Shown: piece by piece, positions 48,575 through 61,976 of the stretch | Layout: each line of letters begins with the position of its first letter | Position numbering within the stretch: position 1 is the first letter of the stretch | NCBI RefSeq assembly: GCF_963921235.1 | Contig: NC_086097.1 | Location: 220,226,001-220,290,000 of the forward strand | Source of the DNA: Mobula hypostoma | Lineage: Eukaryota | Direction of reading: 5' to 3' | Length of the DNA stretch: 64,000 nucleotides | Position numbers and translations under genes: made by a program | Notes under the pieces: generated by a model | What the model was told of the DNA's origin: nothing | What the model saw: only the letters and a program-made list of their open reading frames with translations | The model's database searches: none

Positions 48575-49085
48575 TATGTTCACCACAAACCTTCCTGAAG
48601 TCAATGGCCAGCTCGTTTGTTTTGCTGACAAAGGTTGTTGTCATGACACCATGCCACTAGGCTGTCTTTCTCCTTACTATGCTCTAACTCGTTATTATTT
48701 GAGATCTGGCCCACCACGGTCTTCTCATCCACAAATGTGTAGGCGCAGTTGGATTAGAATCTGGCCACACACTCATGACGGTGAAGGGCATAGAGCAGTC
48801 TGCAGAGGATCTAGGTTTGAGGATAATCGTGGCAGAGGTGTTGCTGCCTATCCTTACTGATTGCAGTCTGTTGGTCAGGAAGACAAGAATCCAGTTACAG
48901 GTCTAGGAGTTCAGAGGTGAGTTTGCTTGGAATTATAGTATTTGGAGCAAAGCTGCAATCAAAAAACTGCAGATGTAGATGTCATTACTGTCTAGGTGCT
49001 CCAGAGATGAGTGTAAGGCCATAGAGATGGCATCTGCCATTGACCTCCATTTGTGGTAGGCAAAATTGCAGTGGGTCGAGGTTGC
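48575..49085 (-). mobile_element. Degraded Rex1/Babar RT fragment
   Basis: FAYHKWRSMADAISMALHSSLEHLDS matches the copy at 60921..61715. Confidence 0.75.
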
Positions 49086-49086
49086 C

Positions 49087-49316
49087 TGTGTTGTCAATTT
49101 AATATTTAAGTAATCTTCTATATATACTGTTTGACTAAGCATTCTTGTTTGTTTAAATAATTCATTTCAGGTTATATGTATAAATATGTGAATTGCATAT
49201 GTCATCATGCTATCACATGATACATGTACGCCTCACTTAAAGTAAACCCAAAGTTAGACCCACATTTCAGACTCCTGTGTTTTCCTTTCAATTAGTTTAT
49301 GTTACAGAACATAACA
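49087..49316 (+). repeat. Solo LTR related to LTR 43538-44103
   Basis: TGT..ACA ends; shares TTTAATAT, AAGCATTCTT, CTCCTGTGTTTT and GTTACA.AACATAACA with the reverse complement of that LTR; no clear TSD. Confidence 0.75.
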
Positions 49317-49739
49317 GACTGGAAGGTTGGACATGATATGTGTCAATGCAGTTACAGGAAGAACATACAAACTCCTTACAGGCAGCATCAGAGGCAAGGA
49401 CTGAACAAGCATCAATTGAGCTGTGAGACAACTGTGATGGTTTTCCTTTAATGGAATAACATTTGATATGATTATGATGGGACCATACAGATGAAAATAT
49501 TCTGGAATCAGGATTCAGAAATATAATATCCAAAATTGTGGATGACACCAAAGTGGCAAAATGGTTAACATAAAAGAGAAAAGTGATGCAAAAACATGGC
49601 GCTCTGGTGGTGAAAATTAAACTAAAGTTCAATGTGGGTAACCGTCAGATAATGTACCTGTCTCAAGGAATATGAGGGAACAAAAGTCTGAGGGATAGAA
49701 GGAAAAATAGGTAGCCAAAGGTGATGCAAAATGTTTACC

Positions 49740-49900
49740 AACAAGTTATAATGTGGCAAATACAGCAGCCAATTTGTACACAGCAAGCTCCTATAAAAAG
49801 TAATTACCTGTGATAATTACCTGGTAGTTGATCAATTGTAGATAAATATTTGCTGATGTGCCCAGAATAATGCCACTAAACAGAAAAAAAAGAACCTGGA
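49740..49900 (-). mobile_element. Deu/AmnSINE1-like relic
   Basis: Minus-strand GGAGCTTGCTGTGTACAAATTGGCTGCTGTATTT. Confidence 0.6.
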
Positions 49901-49939
49901 TTTATTTTGATATGCTACACCCTCAAAATGAGAATTAAT

Positions 49940-51375
49940 TATACTTTGCAGCAAATTTTGCTTCATAGTCTTATCCGATGGATCAACGGCAGACTAAGTT
50001 CAGTACAGACTGCTGTCAAGAGAGGCTACATCATACTCCCAACACTTTTCTCAGTCCATGTTGCACACCTCCAGCAAACATCCAGCTGGAATGGAACTGA
50101 TCTACAAGACCAATGAAAAACACTTCAATCATTTTTAAAATTTATTTATTGACATACAGTGCGGAATAGGTTCTTCTAGCAACTGCCAATTTAACTCTAG
50201 CCTAATCACAGTACAATTTATAATGACCAATTAACCTATCAAGCGGTATATTTTGGGACTATGAGTGGAAACCAAAGCACATGGAGGAAACCTGCATGGT
50301 CATGGGGAGAACTTACAGACAGCAGTGGGAATTGAACCTGGGTCACTGGTACTGTAAAGCATTGTGCTAACCACTATGCTACCATGCCACCTAAAGAAAT
50401 CTACTTGCTTTCCATTCCAAAATCAACGTCACCCCAACTTCAGTCACCAAATTCTAATATGCAGAAGACACTTGCCTACAGGTGTAATTGAAGGGTAAGC
50501 TCCAAGGCCCTAAGCTTCATGGTTGCCTCGATCATTTCCTCATATAAGTAACATGTGACATCCCCAAAACAAAAATCCTCTATCAGCCTAATCCTACTAA
50601 ACAATATCGCTGTCCAAAAATGAAAGTCTACATCAAGACTCTGGCATATGTTCACTGCTTCCCCTGTACTGGTGGTCACCTTTAAACATCGGGACAAATA
50701 TCGATTAATAATTTCACCATCTCGGTTGTGTATTTAATATTTCAGTAGTATTTGTGAGTCCTATAAACAGTCTGCACCAACCCTTCAGGGCTGCCCGAGG
50801 AAAACAGTGTTTTATTGTTAATTTCTATATATCCCTAAAGTTCAAGAACTCAAGCTCATGATCAATGAGATAGCAGTGATCTTTGTGGTTCTGTGCTTTT
50901 CTAGGACTAGCAGCACCTCAAAGCTTTCAAAAGATACATCAACGGTCTCTCTGCAAAATTCTCCAAACTCATTAAAAGATCGACTGACTCACCTCAGTGT
51001 CTTTTATCAGTTCACTCATTCAGCTATGTTGGGTAGGCCACAGCATTTGCATGTCCAACACCAGACCCCTGGAATTAGACATTATTATTATCCCAGTAAG
51101 AGGTTACCAGATGTAGAGAGGAAATTATTTAAGGATGTTTTCAAAGCCTCTGAAAACCGAACAGCTGGAAATGCATGACTCCCATCTACTCAGAGACAGG
51201 GCATTTCCAATACCATTACAATCCTGTCTTCATGGAGCACCCAGGATGCCCAGTGTAAGCAGCATAAGTTATGCACAATCTTCTAAATTGCCAGCACCTC
51301 TCTCCATGGATCACATTCTCAGAACCTACCGAATCGGAGAAGAAGCAAGTCTTCCTCAGTCCCAAGGGACTGTCT
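49940..51375 (+). mobile_element. Highly degraded RTE-clade LINE, split by a V-SINE
   Basis: VQTAVKRGYIILPTLFS resembles the RTE motif GVKQGCVLAPTLF; similar to 44180-44915. Confidence 0.5.
50135..50392 (-). mobile_element. HE1-like V-SINE
   Basis: TGGTAGCATAGTGG A box, GGTTCAATTCC B box, V domain, CTGTATGTCAATAAATAAA tail. Confidence 0.85.
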
Positions 51376-53414
51376 AAGAAGGAGGTTACTAAACACCACT
51401 ACCACATACAGATACTTGCAGGGAGATTGGTCATTGTAGTGATCTGCACATAATTGCACAGTCTCAAAAATACAAAGAAAATCAGTTTTGTTTAAATTTT
51501 TCTGAAGCCCATTTGATAAAATTCCAGCATGTAGTTCACAACTAGAACTTCCATGCCACTCGGTGAGTTTAGATAACAGTTGTTCAAATATAAGACACAA
51601 GGCACTGCAGATGCTGGAAGCCTGGAGCAATACACATGATGTGCTGCAGGAGCTCAGCAGCCAGGTGTTAGGTAAGATCAGGTGAGGGGGAAGGTGGGTA
51701 GGTGGGAGACACTGTGAAAAATGTTTGCCTGAATGGATTGACGGGGTCTGGGAGCTGACAAGCTGATTAGTAAGAGAACTATCTGCAGTTCAATAAAAGG
51801 AAGTGGGCACCAAGGTAAGGTTTGGTCTTACCTGAATGAGAGTTCGGAGAAGGCAGTGGATTTTTTTTCAGTGAATGATCTCTGCAGTGTTTCCTGGTAA
51901 AGAGATATGAATATCATACTCAAAAGTTCTGTTATCTCGGGCACGATTCCCCATACCCTTCACCTCCTGTGTGGAAAAATTTCACCCTTTGGTCCCCTTT
52001 AAATCTTTCCCTTCTTACCTTAATAAAATTCCCTTTTATTTTAGACTCCCCATGCCCTTTCCAGCGATATTTAACAGATAATAATTGGGAATGGGCACAC
52101 TCACCATATGTTGTCTGCACTACACCAACTGGATTAGTGTCTCTTTCTTGATCAATGAGGCCCTAATCCAATTAGTGTAGCATACACAACATATGACATT
52201 GACCCTTTGAATCATCAGTGAGAATGGCCTTATATTTGTACGGTATATTAGCATATTTAACAGCCCCCCCCCCGCCAATCAAGGGGAAGTTAGGCAGTCT
52301 CTGAGCATTTCCATCATTACTTTTTTATGGCTCACTGACTTAAGTTCCAAATCAATAATTTGAGCAGAGGTGCTGGTAATGCCCTCAGTGGCTTATTAGT
52401 TGACTAATATGAGTATCTCATATTGTGTTTCAACATGTGAACAAAAAAAAAGGTAAATTAAGGTTGATTTTGCCTCCAAGAACTGATGAGATAATTACAC
52501 CTGTTGTTTTTGTCCTGGGGAAGTCAGGCCATATAACTTGTTTATTATGATTTATAAAAAGAAATGACCTACACATGAGCTGTGCAAGATAAAAATTAAC
52601 CCTCAGAGAAATAACTTGGCTAGAACTCTTCACACTGATTTTTACCATCACATACAATGACAAAATTGTAGTGATAAATATTTATGTGCTTTAAACACAA
52701 ATATATACTATAGTTAATTTTTAAAGCAGTTACTGTTGAATTCTGCAGTATAGTAGTACAAAATGTTTCAAAAGGTGGATATTTAATGGAAAGTTATCTA
52801 TTATTTAGCTCTTTCATGACTGGTATTTCTGGTTTTCTACATATATCTGGTATTTTACAGAAGAGCATTTATATTTAATGCTTGGAGCTGTTTAAATGCA
52901 CATAATGAAGTATTTACATTCTGCTAGCCCTGAACATAATGTGCATGAAATGGGAATGTAATTTGCTCCTCATTTCATCACCAATTTCTATTGTTACGTT
53001 CCTTTTCATCAGCAGGACTCCATGCATGGAATGTGTCCCTAAGAAGGATATGCCTGGCAAAAAAACACTGAAATCTTCAAAGAAGCAGTTGGATATTGTG
53101 CTGGGAGATCATGATGTTTTATGCATTGGAATGATCACTGAATTCTACCACGCTCTGTATTAAAACTATAATCAATTTTGCCTTTTCAACCTTTTGCTTG
53201 TGGTACCATTTTGTGTGATTTTGACCTTAATTTCCTCCCCCTTCCCTTCCTTCTCCTCAACTTCAAAATTGTTTTGACAGTTTTAATCACTTTAATAAGT
53301 CTCATCCAGTGCTCATCTTTAGAGCACTACTCATTCTTTCCTTTCCCCCGTAGTTGTCATAATATAATATTACACTAATGCCATGGTCACATCCAGTGTA
53401 GCAGAGGTGCTCCA

Positions 53415-53850
53415 TTCCAAAGTTCAAAATAAATTTATTGTCAAAGTACATATATGTCACCTTATGCAACCTTGAGATTCATTTTTTTCAGGCATTCACT
53501 AAATTCAAAGAAACACAATAGAGTCAATGGAAAACCTCACACATCAAGACAGACAAACAACCAGTGTGCAAAAGACAACAAACTGTGCAAATACAAAAAG
53601 AAAAATAAACAAAATAATAATTATAAATAAATGGTAAATATAGAGAACATAAGTTGAATGAACAGTCCTTGAAAGTGATTCCACAGGTGGTGAGAACAGT
53701 TTGGTGTTGGGGTGAGTGAAGCTGAGTGACGTTATCTCCCCTGGTTCAGGAGTCTGATGGCTGAGGGGTAAATAAGTGTTCCTGAACCTGGTGGTATGGG
53801 TCTTCAGGCTTCTGTACCTCTTTCCTGCTGGCAGTAGCAAGAAGAGCTAT
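53415..53850 (-). mobile_element. Rex1/Babar 3' end
   Basis: LLPAGKRYRSLKTHTTRFRN; AATAAATTTATTTTGAACTTTG tail. Confidence 0.85.
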
Positions 53851-55434
53851 CACTTATGTGCTGATAGTTCCTACGTGCAATAAGCTATTAATATATCTAG
53901 AAGCATATGGTCAACTCCAATGGGCTTGTAAACAACTTCCAATGTTACATTCTTTAGTGTGTCAAAATCTACTGGACTTCCTCTCCCTGTCTATTGAATA
54001 TCAATAGTGAACTCAGCCAAGCACTCAAAAACCCAACACCAGCTCCCACCAGCATCCATACTTACCTGGTGACCCTGTAATATAGTGGCTACTCAAAAGT
54101 AGAACCACTATTCTGTTTTCAGACTGAGATTACCCTGCTAGTTAACCATTCAATATAAAGTGCACTGGCCACATTTATTCAGGAAGGCTTCAGATTTCGT
54201 CCCCAGCCCATGCTGACTTTTCGCACCTTCGGTCAGAGTTATTTGCAGTTCACCTGGATAAAATTAATAAATGAAAAAGCATCAAATGTGTTCCCTCTTG
54301 ATCACTGTTAAATGTAACCTTGGGGGATTGTGCATAGGCAGACCTTGAATGAAACATTGGCTCAGTTTCCACATCACCCACAGAAATAAAACCTGCTAAG
54401 TTTGAAGATCTCTGCTCATTCAACACGTGTAGTTATTTGGATGAAACACAAAAAAAAAATTTAGTATCCACTCAACCATACACAAAAAATTATCAGACTG
54501 TTCTCAGAATCAGGTTTATTATCAGACATACGTGGTGAAAGTTGTTGTTTTGCTGTAGTATTACAGCACAATACATAAAATATACTATAAATTACAATGA
54601 GGTATACAGTTCCTCCAGGGAGCAGTAACCCACTGGAAATGTTCTTCCTGAGATCCTGGCTGAGAGAAATTACCTCAGCATAGCAAGGTATCCAAATCTT
54701 CTGACCCAGTGGTCTCAATCAGGAACTGCACCTTACATTCTTATTTTGGGATTGTACCATAAGGGGTTAAGAAAGCCTACAACAACTTCAATAATCAATA
54801 CTCAATAACAGCCATTTTCTCATCTCTGTTGAAAAACAAGAGTTAGCAAAAGAAAATTAGCTGCATGAATAGGTTTGCCTTTAATACATGGGATTGATTT
54901 ATTTGGCTCCATCAGGTTGTGGCCTTGTCTAAACCCTTTCTTCTAAATGTTGATTTCTGCATTTATCTTCTCTGGCATTGAGTATATTTAACATAATTAA
55001 ATCATAATCCAAATTTTCCAAAGTTAAGCAGAATTTAGGTGGAGGCTATATTTCATTGTTGTGTAGTACAATTGTAATGTCTAAACTCATTGTTAAAAAG
55101 TCCAAAATGAAACAAATGCCGAAATTGTTTGATTTCATATGCCCTCAAACCAAATGACACTAAATGTTGCGTACCATATAGTTTCATCACTATTGATTAT
55201 TTGATCTTGTACATTCCTCTGAATGTTTTTGCTGTTATTCCTATAGCAGATAGATTACAAATGCCACAAATTATCCTGGTGTCTCCAGAACTTAAAGAGC
55301 ATATTCTAGGACGTCGACTTAAACAACTCAACAGAATGAAATATAAGAGCAATAACAAAACTGTGTCATTCAAATGAATTCTTAGATTACTAGACTTTCA
55401 ATATTAAAATATCAGGCATGGGAAAATGGTTCTA

Positions 55435-56760
55435 CAGAGACACAAAAGACCATAGGTGATGGATCTTGAGCAACATGTACAATACTGAAGAAACCCAACA
55501 GGCCAGGCAGTATCTACAGAGGGAAATGGACGGTTGATGTTTTGGGTTGAGACCCTTCACTTGCACTGAAAGATAGAGTGGAAAGAGCCAATATAAAAAA
55601 GTGGAAGGAAAGGGTGTTAGGTGGATCCAGCTAAGGAGGGTGGAGAGGAGAGTGGGTTAGCGCTAGAAGCTGCGAGGTAATAGGTGGAAATGATAAAGGG
55701 CTGAAGAAGGTGAAATCTGATAGGAGAGGAAAGTGGAGCATGGAATAAAGGTAGGGAGTTGAGGAAGGCAGGTGGAAGTATTGGGGGGAACAGTGGGAGG
55801 AGTGCATGGGTGATGGACAAATGGAGAGAAAATAAAGCAATGGGAAAGGCTGATGGGGTTTGGTAGATCAAGAGAAAAGAGAAAAAAGGAACTTAGGGGA
55901 GATGTTTACTGGAAATTGGAGAATATGATGTTCAGGCCATCAGGTTGTAAACTACCCAGGGGAATTATGGGGTGCTGCTCCTTTAGTTTGTATTTAGCTT
56001 CATTCTGCAGCAGAGGAGGTCAAGGACAGATGTGGCAGCATTGGAAAGGGGAGGAGAACAAAAATAGCTGACAACCGGATAGCCATGGTGGATGGACCAC
56101 AGGTGCACCGCAAAGCAGTTACCAAGTTACCAACGTGAGGAGGCCACATCAGGAGCACTAGATGAAACAAGACTGGAAGGTATACCCATGAGAGACAGCC
56201 TCACTTGGAAGAGCTGTTTAAGGCCCTGGATGATAGTGACAATCTTACAGTTACATAGGAGAACGACCATGTAATCATGGAAATCATGGGAGAAAGGGGA
56301 ATAGGTGTGGAGGGATAAGCAGATCAGTGAGTCACGGGGAGAGTGATCCATGCAGAAAGCAGAAAGATATAGGGGGTGGAGATGTGTCTGGTAATGGAAT
56401 CACATTGTGGATGGATGCAGTTACGAAGAATGACATGCTGGATGCGTAGGCTGATGAGGTGATTGATGAGAACCAGGGGAACTCGAAACTCTATCTCTGT
56501 TACATTTGAGATGGGGGGAAGTTAAGATCAGAAGGGCAGAAAATGGAGAAAATGAGGCTGAAGGCTCTTATTAATAATAGTGGGGAGGAAACCCCAACTT
56601 CTGCTAAAGGAGGATTTCTCTGATGCCCTGAAATGGAAGGCCTCATCTCAAGAGCAGATTCAGCGGAGATGGAGGAACTCAGAAAAAGGAATGCCTTCTA
56701 TGTCAGTGACAGAGTGGGAGAGGTGTGGTAAGGTATCTGTCAGAGGTAGTGAGTTTGTAG
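55435..56760 (-). mobile_element. Degraded Penelope-like element (RT C-terminus, GIY-YIG, terminal repeat)
   Basis: Minus frames IPFSEFLHLR*ICS*DEAFHFR and EQHPIIPLGSLQPDGLNIIFSNFQ; decayed hammerhead-like GTGAAGGGTCTCAACCCAAAACATC near 55536-55560. Confidence 0.8.
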
Positions 56761-56849
56761 TAGGTGTTTGTGTGAAAAATGGCTGTTTGATTTTTCAGTC
56801 AAGAACTGTGCAATAACTAATAAAAAATCGACTTGATTTCCAATAATTT

Positions 56850-57088
56850 TATTTTTATTTTATTTAGAAATACAACATGATAACTGGCCCTTGCAGCATC
56901 TGAGCTTACGATGCCCAATTAGCCTACCAACGAATATGCCTTTGGAATGGGGGAGGAAACTGGGGCACCCAGGGTAAACCCATGAGGACACAGGGAGAAT
57001 GTACAAGCTCGTTACAGACAGTGGCGGAACTGAAACTAGCTCACTCGTGTGTAGTAGCATTACACTAATCATTATGCTACCATGCTGT
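56850..57088 (-). mobile_element. HE1-like V-SINE
   Basis: V domain TTTCCTCCCCCATTCCAAAG; TGTATTTCTAAATAAAATAAA tail. Confidence 0.8.
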
Positions 57089-58159
57089 CTAATTACTATG
57101 GGAACAGTGTGCATCGTGCCCATACAAGTATGCTAGGTGTACCAATGTACTGAGCTACCAACGGTAGGGTAAGATCATTGGAAGTGACAGTCCTAACAAT
57201 ATGAGGACAACCCCATGCAAGGCACAAAATGCAGAATCGGAAGAAAAAGTGGTTAGCTCAACACTTTACAACATGTACCAGTACAAAGTTCAAAGCCCAT
57301 TTGTTATCAGAGTTCATATATGTCAGCATATACAACCCTGAGATTAATTTTCCAGCAGGCACACTCAGCAAATCTATAGAATAGTAATTATAACAGGATC
57401 ATTGAAAGATCAACCAGAGTGCAGAAGACAACAAACTGCAAATATAAATAAGTAATGTAGCAGTAAATAACCAAGAACATGAGATAACAAGATTAAGAGT
57501 CCTAAAAGTGAGACCCTCGGTTGTGGGACCGTCTCAATGGATGGGCAAGGGAGTGCAGTTTTGTTTAAGGGCTTGATGGTTGAGAAGTAGTAACTGTTCT
57601 TGAACCTGGTGGTGCGAGTCCTGAGGCTCTTGTACCTTCTACCGGATGGCATTAGCAAGAAAAGGGCATGACCTGGGTGGTGGTGCTCTCTGATGATGGA
57701 TGCTGCTTTCCTATAGCAGTGTTTCATGTAGATGTGCTCAATGTTGGTGGGTGGGAGGGCTTTACTCATGATGTACTGGGCCGAATACACTACCTTATGT
57801 AGGGCTTTCTGTTCAACGGTATTGGAGTTTCCATACCAGGCTGTGATGCAGCCAGTCAATACACTTTCCACTACACATCTATTGAAGTTTGTCAAAGTTT
57901 TAGATGCCATACCAAATTTCTGCAGACTCCTTAGGGGTAGAGGTGCTGCCGTGCTTTCTTCACAATTGCACCTTAGTGCTGGGTCCAGGACAGATGCTCT
58001 GAAATAGTAACATCCAGGAATTTAAAGTTGCTAATCTCCAGCTCTGATTCTCCACTGAATACTGTCTCATGGACCTCTGGTTTCCCTCTCCTGAAGCCTA
58101 CAATCAATTCCTTGGTCTTGCTGACATTGAGTGAGAGGTTGCTGTTATGGCAGCACTCA

Positions 58160-60056
58160 TGCTTGAGAGGTTGGTCATGGCTAGAATGAACTCTTGCCTC
58201 AGCAATGACCTGGACCTATTGCAATCTGCCTATCGCCACAATAGGTCAATTGCAGACACAGGCTCAATGGCTCTAGATATTGGAAAATGTAAATGCATAC
58301 ATTGTATTTTCTATGTATTACAGTATTTACAGTATTTACTCAACAGTATTTCAGTATTTACTCAAATGCACACATTATATTTTCTATATTTACTATGTAA
58401 CCACTGCTAGCTGAATAGAGGGTATTCACTATGTAGCCATGACTTCTGACCTAATCACTATTAATTCATGAAGAGAACTAGAATGAAACCAAGTAGGAAG
58501 ATAACGGTGGCGAGTAAGGTAATGAAATATGTGGCAGTATGTCAAAACAAGACCAATTAAGAAATAACTGTGGTTAGGGATGAGGGGACACCTGGTCTAA
58601 AAAGTAAACTAGGACATAATTAAATTGGGGAGTAAAACAATAGTGGAAGGTCGAGAGCGGATGTATTGATGATATGTGATCACAGGCCATCTGGATATGA
58701 TAATGTAGCTAAGATAGGAGATTGCTATAAAAAATGCTGTGTACAAGCCTCGATGGGCAGTCAGCTACTAGCTTTCTGATTGTCTCAGCTTTGATTTGCA
58801 AATTAAAGTTTAAAACTTCTTGAAGGATTTTCTGCATCTCCTTGTTGTTTGTAAGAAACGAGAAACCACGACATAGACCACCTAGAAAACACAAAATCCT
58901 ATGTCAGGATGCTGTTCATTGATCATAACTCAGCATCTAATACCATCATTCCCACAATCCTGATTGAGAAGTTGCAGAACCTGGGCCTCTGTACCTCCGT
59001 CTACAATTGGATCCTTGACTTCCTAACTGGAAGACCGCAATCTGTGTGGATTGATGATAACACTGATGCACCTCAGGGGTTATCATCAGTGTTATCATCT
59101 CTCCAGGTGTATGCTTAGCCCACTGCTCTATTCTCTCTATACCCAAGACTGTGTGGCCAAGCATAGCTCAAATACCATCTTTAAATCTGCCAATATTGGT
59201 AGAATCTCAGATGGAGATGAGAGTGTGTACAAGAGTGGGATATGCCAACTAGTGGAATGGTGCTGCAGCAACAACCTGGCACTCAATGTCAGTAAGACAA
59301 AAGAGCTGATGGTGAACTTCAGGAAGGGTAAGACAAAGGAACACATACCAATCCTCATAGAAGTATCAGAAGTGGAGAGAGTGAGCAGTTTCAAGTTCCT
59401 AGGTGTCAAGATCTCTGAGGACCTAGCCTGGTCCCAACATATCGATGTGGTTATGAAGTAGGCAAGACAGTGGCTATACTTAATTAGGAGTTTGAAGAGA
59501 TTTGGTATGTCAACAAAAACGTCTATAGATGTACCATGGAGAGCATTCTGACAGGCTGCATTTCGGTCTGGTATGGGGGAGATTACTGCACAGGACCGAA
59601 AGAAGCTGCAGAGTGTCGTAAATCTAGTCAGCTCCATCTTGGGTACTAGCCAACAAAGAACCCAGGACGTCTTCAAGGAGCAATGTCTCAGAAAGGCAGT
59701 GCCCATTATTAAGGGCCCCCAGCACCCAGGGCATGCCCTTTTCTCACTGTTACCATCAGCTAGGAGGTACAGAAGCCTGAAGGCACACACTCAGCGATTC
59801 AGGAACAGCTTCGTGTCCTCTGTCATCCGATTCCTAAATGGACATTGAACCCAGGAACACTACCTCACTTTTTTAATATTATTTCTGTTTTTGCACGATT
59901 TTTAATCTATTCATTATACATCTACTGTAATTGATTTACTTGTTTATTTTTACTTTTTTTTTCTACATTATGTATTGCATTGAACTGCTGCTGCTAAGTT
60001 AACAAATTTCACGACACATGCCGGTGATAATAAATCTGATTCTTATTCTGCTTCTG
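58160..60056 (+). mobile_element. Younger 5'-truncated Rex1/Babar LINE
   Basis: [43 protein letters not shown], 3' UTR and TTCTG tail; TSD ACTCA at 58155-58159 and 60057-60061. Confidence 0.9.
58278..58873 (+). repeat. Probable solo LTR (596 bp)
   Basis: Interrupts Rex1 RT; 4-bp TSD TAGA (58274-58277, 58874-58877); ends ..ACGACA, starts TATTGG (TG decayed?); TATAAAAA followed by ATTAAA. Confidence 0.75.
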
Positions 60057-60184
60057 ACTCAGCCAAATTTTCAATTTCCTGCCGTATGCTGATTCATCAC
60101 CACCTTTGATTCAGCCCACAACAATGATGTCATCAGCAAACTTGAATACGGTGTTGGAGCTGTGCTTCACCACATAGTCATAGT

Positions 60185-61976
60185 TGGCTAAGATTAGGGT
60201 TTGAATCCTGCTGCCATCTATAAGGACTCCCAGTTACCGAATGGGTTCCTCCAGGTGATCTAGTTTCCTCCCACATTCCAAAGATGTACAGTTAGAGATT
60301 TCAGAATCAGGTTTATTATCATTGGCATGTGACGTGAAATTTGTTAACTTAGCAGCAGCAGTTCCGTGCAATACATAATCTAGCAGAGAAAAAGAATAAT
60401 ACATAAAATAAAACATAATAATAAATAAACAAGTAAATCAATTACATATATTGAATAGATTAAAAAACATGCAAAAACAGAAATACTGTATACTTTTTTA
60501 AAAAGTGAGGTAGTGTCCAAAGCTTCAATGTCCATTTAGGAGTCAGTCAGCAGAGGGGAAGAAGCTGTCCCTGAATCGCTGAGTGTGTGCCTTCAGTCTT
60601 CTGTACCTCCTACCTGATGGTAACAGTGAGAAAAGGGCATGCCCTGGGTGCTGGAGGTCCTTAATAATGGACACTACCTTTCTGAGACACCACTCTCTGA
60701 AGATGTCCTGGGTACCTTGCAGGTTAGTACCCAAGATGGAGCTGACTAGATTTACAACCTTCTGCAGCTTCTTTTGGTCCTGTGCAGTAGCCCCTCCATA
60801 CCAGACAGTGATGCAGCCTGTCAGAATGCTCTCCACGGTACAACTATAGAAGTTTTTGAGTGTATTTGTTGACATGCCAAATTGCTTCAAACTCCTGATT
60901 AAGTATAGCCACTGCCTTGCCTACTTCATAACCACATGGATATGTTGGGACCAGGTTATATCCTCAGAGATCTTGACATCCAGGAACTTGAAGCTGCTCA
61001 CTCTCTCCACTTCTGATCCCTCTATGAGGATTGGTATGCGTTCCTTTGTCTTACCCCTCCTGAAGTCCACAATCAGCTCTTTCATCTTACTGACGTTGAG
61101 TGCCAGGTTGTTGCTGCGGCACCACTCCACTAGTTGGCAAATCTCACTCCTGTACGCCCTCTCGTCACCACCTGAGATTCTACCAACAATGGTTGTATCA
61201 TCAGCAAATTTGTAGATGGTATTTGAGCTATGCCTAGCCACACAGTCATATGTATATAGAGAGTAGAGCAGTGGGCTAATCACACACCCCCAAGGTGTGC
61301 CAGTGTTGATCGTCAGCGAGAAGCATATGTTATCACCAACCTGCGCAGATTGTGGTCTTCCAGTTAGGAAGTCAAGGATCCAATTGGAGAGGGAGGTACA
61401 GAGGCCCTGGTTCTGCAACTTCTCAATCAGGATTGTGGGAATGATTGTATTAAATGCTGAGTTATAATCAATGAACAGCATCCTGACAGAGGAATTTGTG
61501 TTCTCTAGGTGGTCTAAAGCCATGTGAAGAGCCATTGAGATTGTGTCTGCCGTAGACCTATTGTGGTGATAGGCAAATTGCAATGGGTTCAGGTCATTGC
61601 TGAGGCAGGAGTTCAGTCTAGTCATGACCAACCTCTCAAAGCATTTCATCACTGTCGATATAAGTGCTACTGGGCGATAGTCATTAAGGCAGCCCACATT
61701 ATTCTTCTTAGGCACCGGTATAATTGTTGCCTTTTTGAAGCAAGTGGGAACTTCCGCCCATAGCAGTGAGAGGTTGAAAATGTCCTTGAATACTCCCGCT
61801 AGTTGGTTGGCACAGGTCTTCAGAGCCTTACTGGGTACTCCAGTTAGTGTGTTATGGGCATGCTATGCTGGAGCTGGAAGCATGGCAACACTTGCAGGTT
61901 TAATTTGATGCAAATGACACGTTTTACCGTATGGTTCGAAGTTTTGATGTACATATAACAAATAAAGCCAATCTTC
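60185..61976 (+). mobile_element. V-SINE split by Rex1 (60185-60295, 61841-61976)
   Basis: GGTTTGAATCC B box, V domain TTTCCTCCCACATTCCAAAGA, tail AATAAAGCCAATCTT. Confidence 0.8.
60296..61840 (-). mobile_element. Young 5'-truncated Rex1/Babar LINE (RT and 3' UTR)
   Basis: 264-aa frame [35 protein letters not shown] plus a 115-aa C-terminus; 7-bp TSD CAGTTAG (60289-60295, 61841-61847). Confidence 0.95.

Larger units (their letters stand above)
57283..60183 (-). mobile_element. Older Rex1/Babar LINE split by a younger Rex1 (57283-58159, 60057-60183)
   Basis: FKFADDIIVVG at about 60115-60147 continues into NLSLNVSKTKELIVGFR at 58085-58140; ORF 57410..57910; TSD ACTCA. Confidence 0.85.

Noticed and set aside
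52939..53163. 74-aa ORF after a pyrimidine tract and AG
   Set aside because: LKSSKKQLDIVL resembles a decayed CR1 ORF2 C-terminus.
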